From Thermomicrobiales bacterium (GTDB lineage Bacteria > Chloroflexota > Chloroflexia > Thermomicrobiales > UBA6265), in the NCBI GenBank assembly GCA_020853615.1, contig JADYYO010000074.1, forward strand, positions 1 to 60,612: a stretch of DNA of 60,612 nucleotides. The letters run 5' to 3'. Of this stretch, positions 60,542 to 60,612 are shown piece by piece. The position numbers were made by a program, and so were the translations under genes. Under the pieces are notes generated by a model, which was not told the DNA's origin, made no database searches, and worked only from the letters and a program-made list of their open reading frames with translations. Every line of letters begins with the position of its first letter. The first letter of the stretch is position 1.

Positions 60542-60612
60542 GCCGTGATCGCCAGCACGATGAACGCGGCGAGCGGGACGACCCCGTACTCGATGGCATC
60601 GCGCGGGCGCAG
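60538..60612 (-). CDS. 3' end of a gene running off the window (C-terminal hydrophobic segment ...IEYGVVPLAAFIVLAITA)
   Basis: Open frame read manually to the window edge, ending at TGA 60538-60540. Only 24 codons are visible. Confidence 0.3.
   Translation of the reverse strand: MRPRDAIEYGVVPLAAFIVLAITA

Overview
High-GC (about two-thirds G+C by eye) bacterial chromosomal segment. The protein signatures resemble Chloroflexota/Thermomicrobia-like or other high-GC lineages, but the taxon cannot be proven from this window. About 55 tightly packed protein-coding genes lie on both strands, many joined by 4-nt start/stop overlaps, and almost all are housekeeping. They include pepA/dnaA, lgt, relA-spoT, molybdenum-cofactor genes (moeA, a fused moaD-moaE), cysK, a B12-dependent ribonucleotide reductase (nrdJ), a PucR regulator, a LutB-LutA fusion, otsA, an M16 peptidase, ispG-rseP, ald, xerD, glyQS, an NrfC/NrfD-like pair, mutY, coaE, an ABC-F ATPase, lysA, rpoD, obg, plsC-cmk-rluB-dac, rph and rarA. 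I recognised no rRNA, tRNA, CRISPR array, transposase, prophage or classical defence genes. The ORF track also contains many long ORFs antisense to real genes. I treat these as high-GC artefacts. I see no convincing evidence for a wholly new multi-gene system, and this looks like an ordinary core-genome region. Its most notable features are: (1) a full-size LAGLIDADG intein inserted at the catalytic NPC cysteine of nrdJ; (2) a linker-less MoaD-MoaE fusion next to cysK, with a JAMM/MPN+ protease 8.5 kb away in an uncharacterised JAMM / DinB-like / SnoaL cluster behind the PucR regulator; (3) an NrfC/NrfD-type electron-transfer pair with no catalytic partner; (4) a HisC-like aminotransferase homologue that has lost its catalytic residues; (5) REP/MITE-like palindromic repeats flanking dnaA and between rpoD and obg. 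Gene starts are often ambiguous because of GTG/TTG starts and long spurious N-terminal ORF extensions. Where I moved a start, the evidence field says so.
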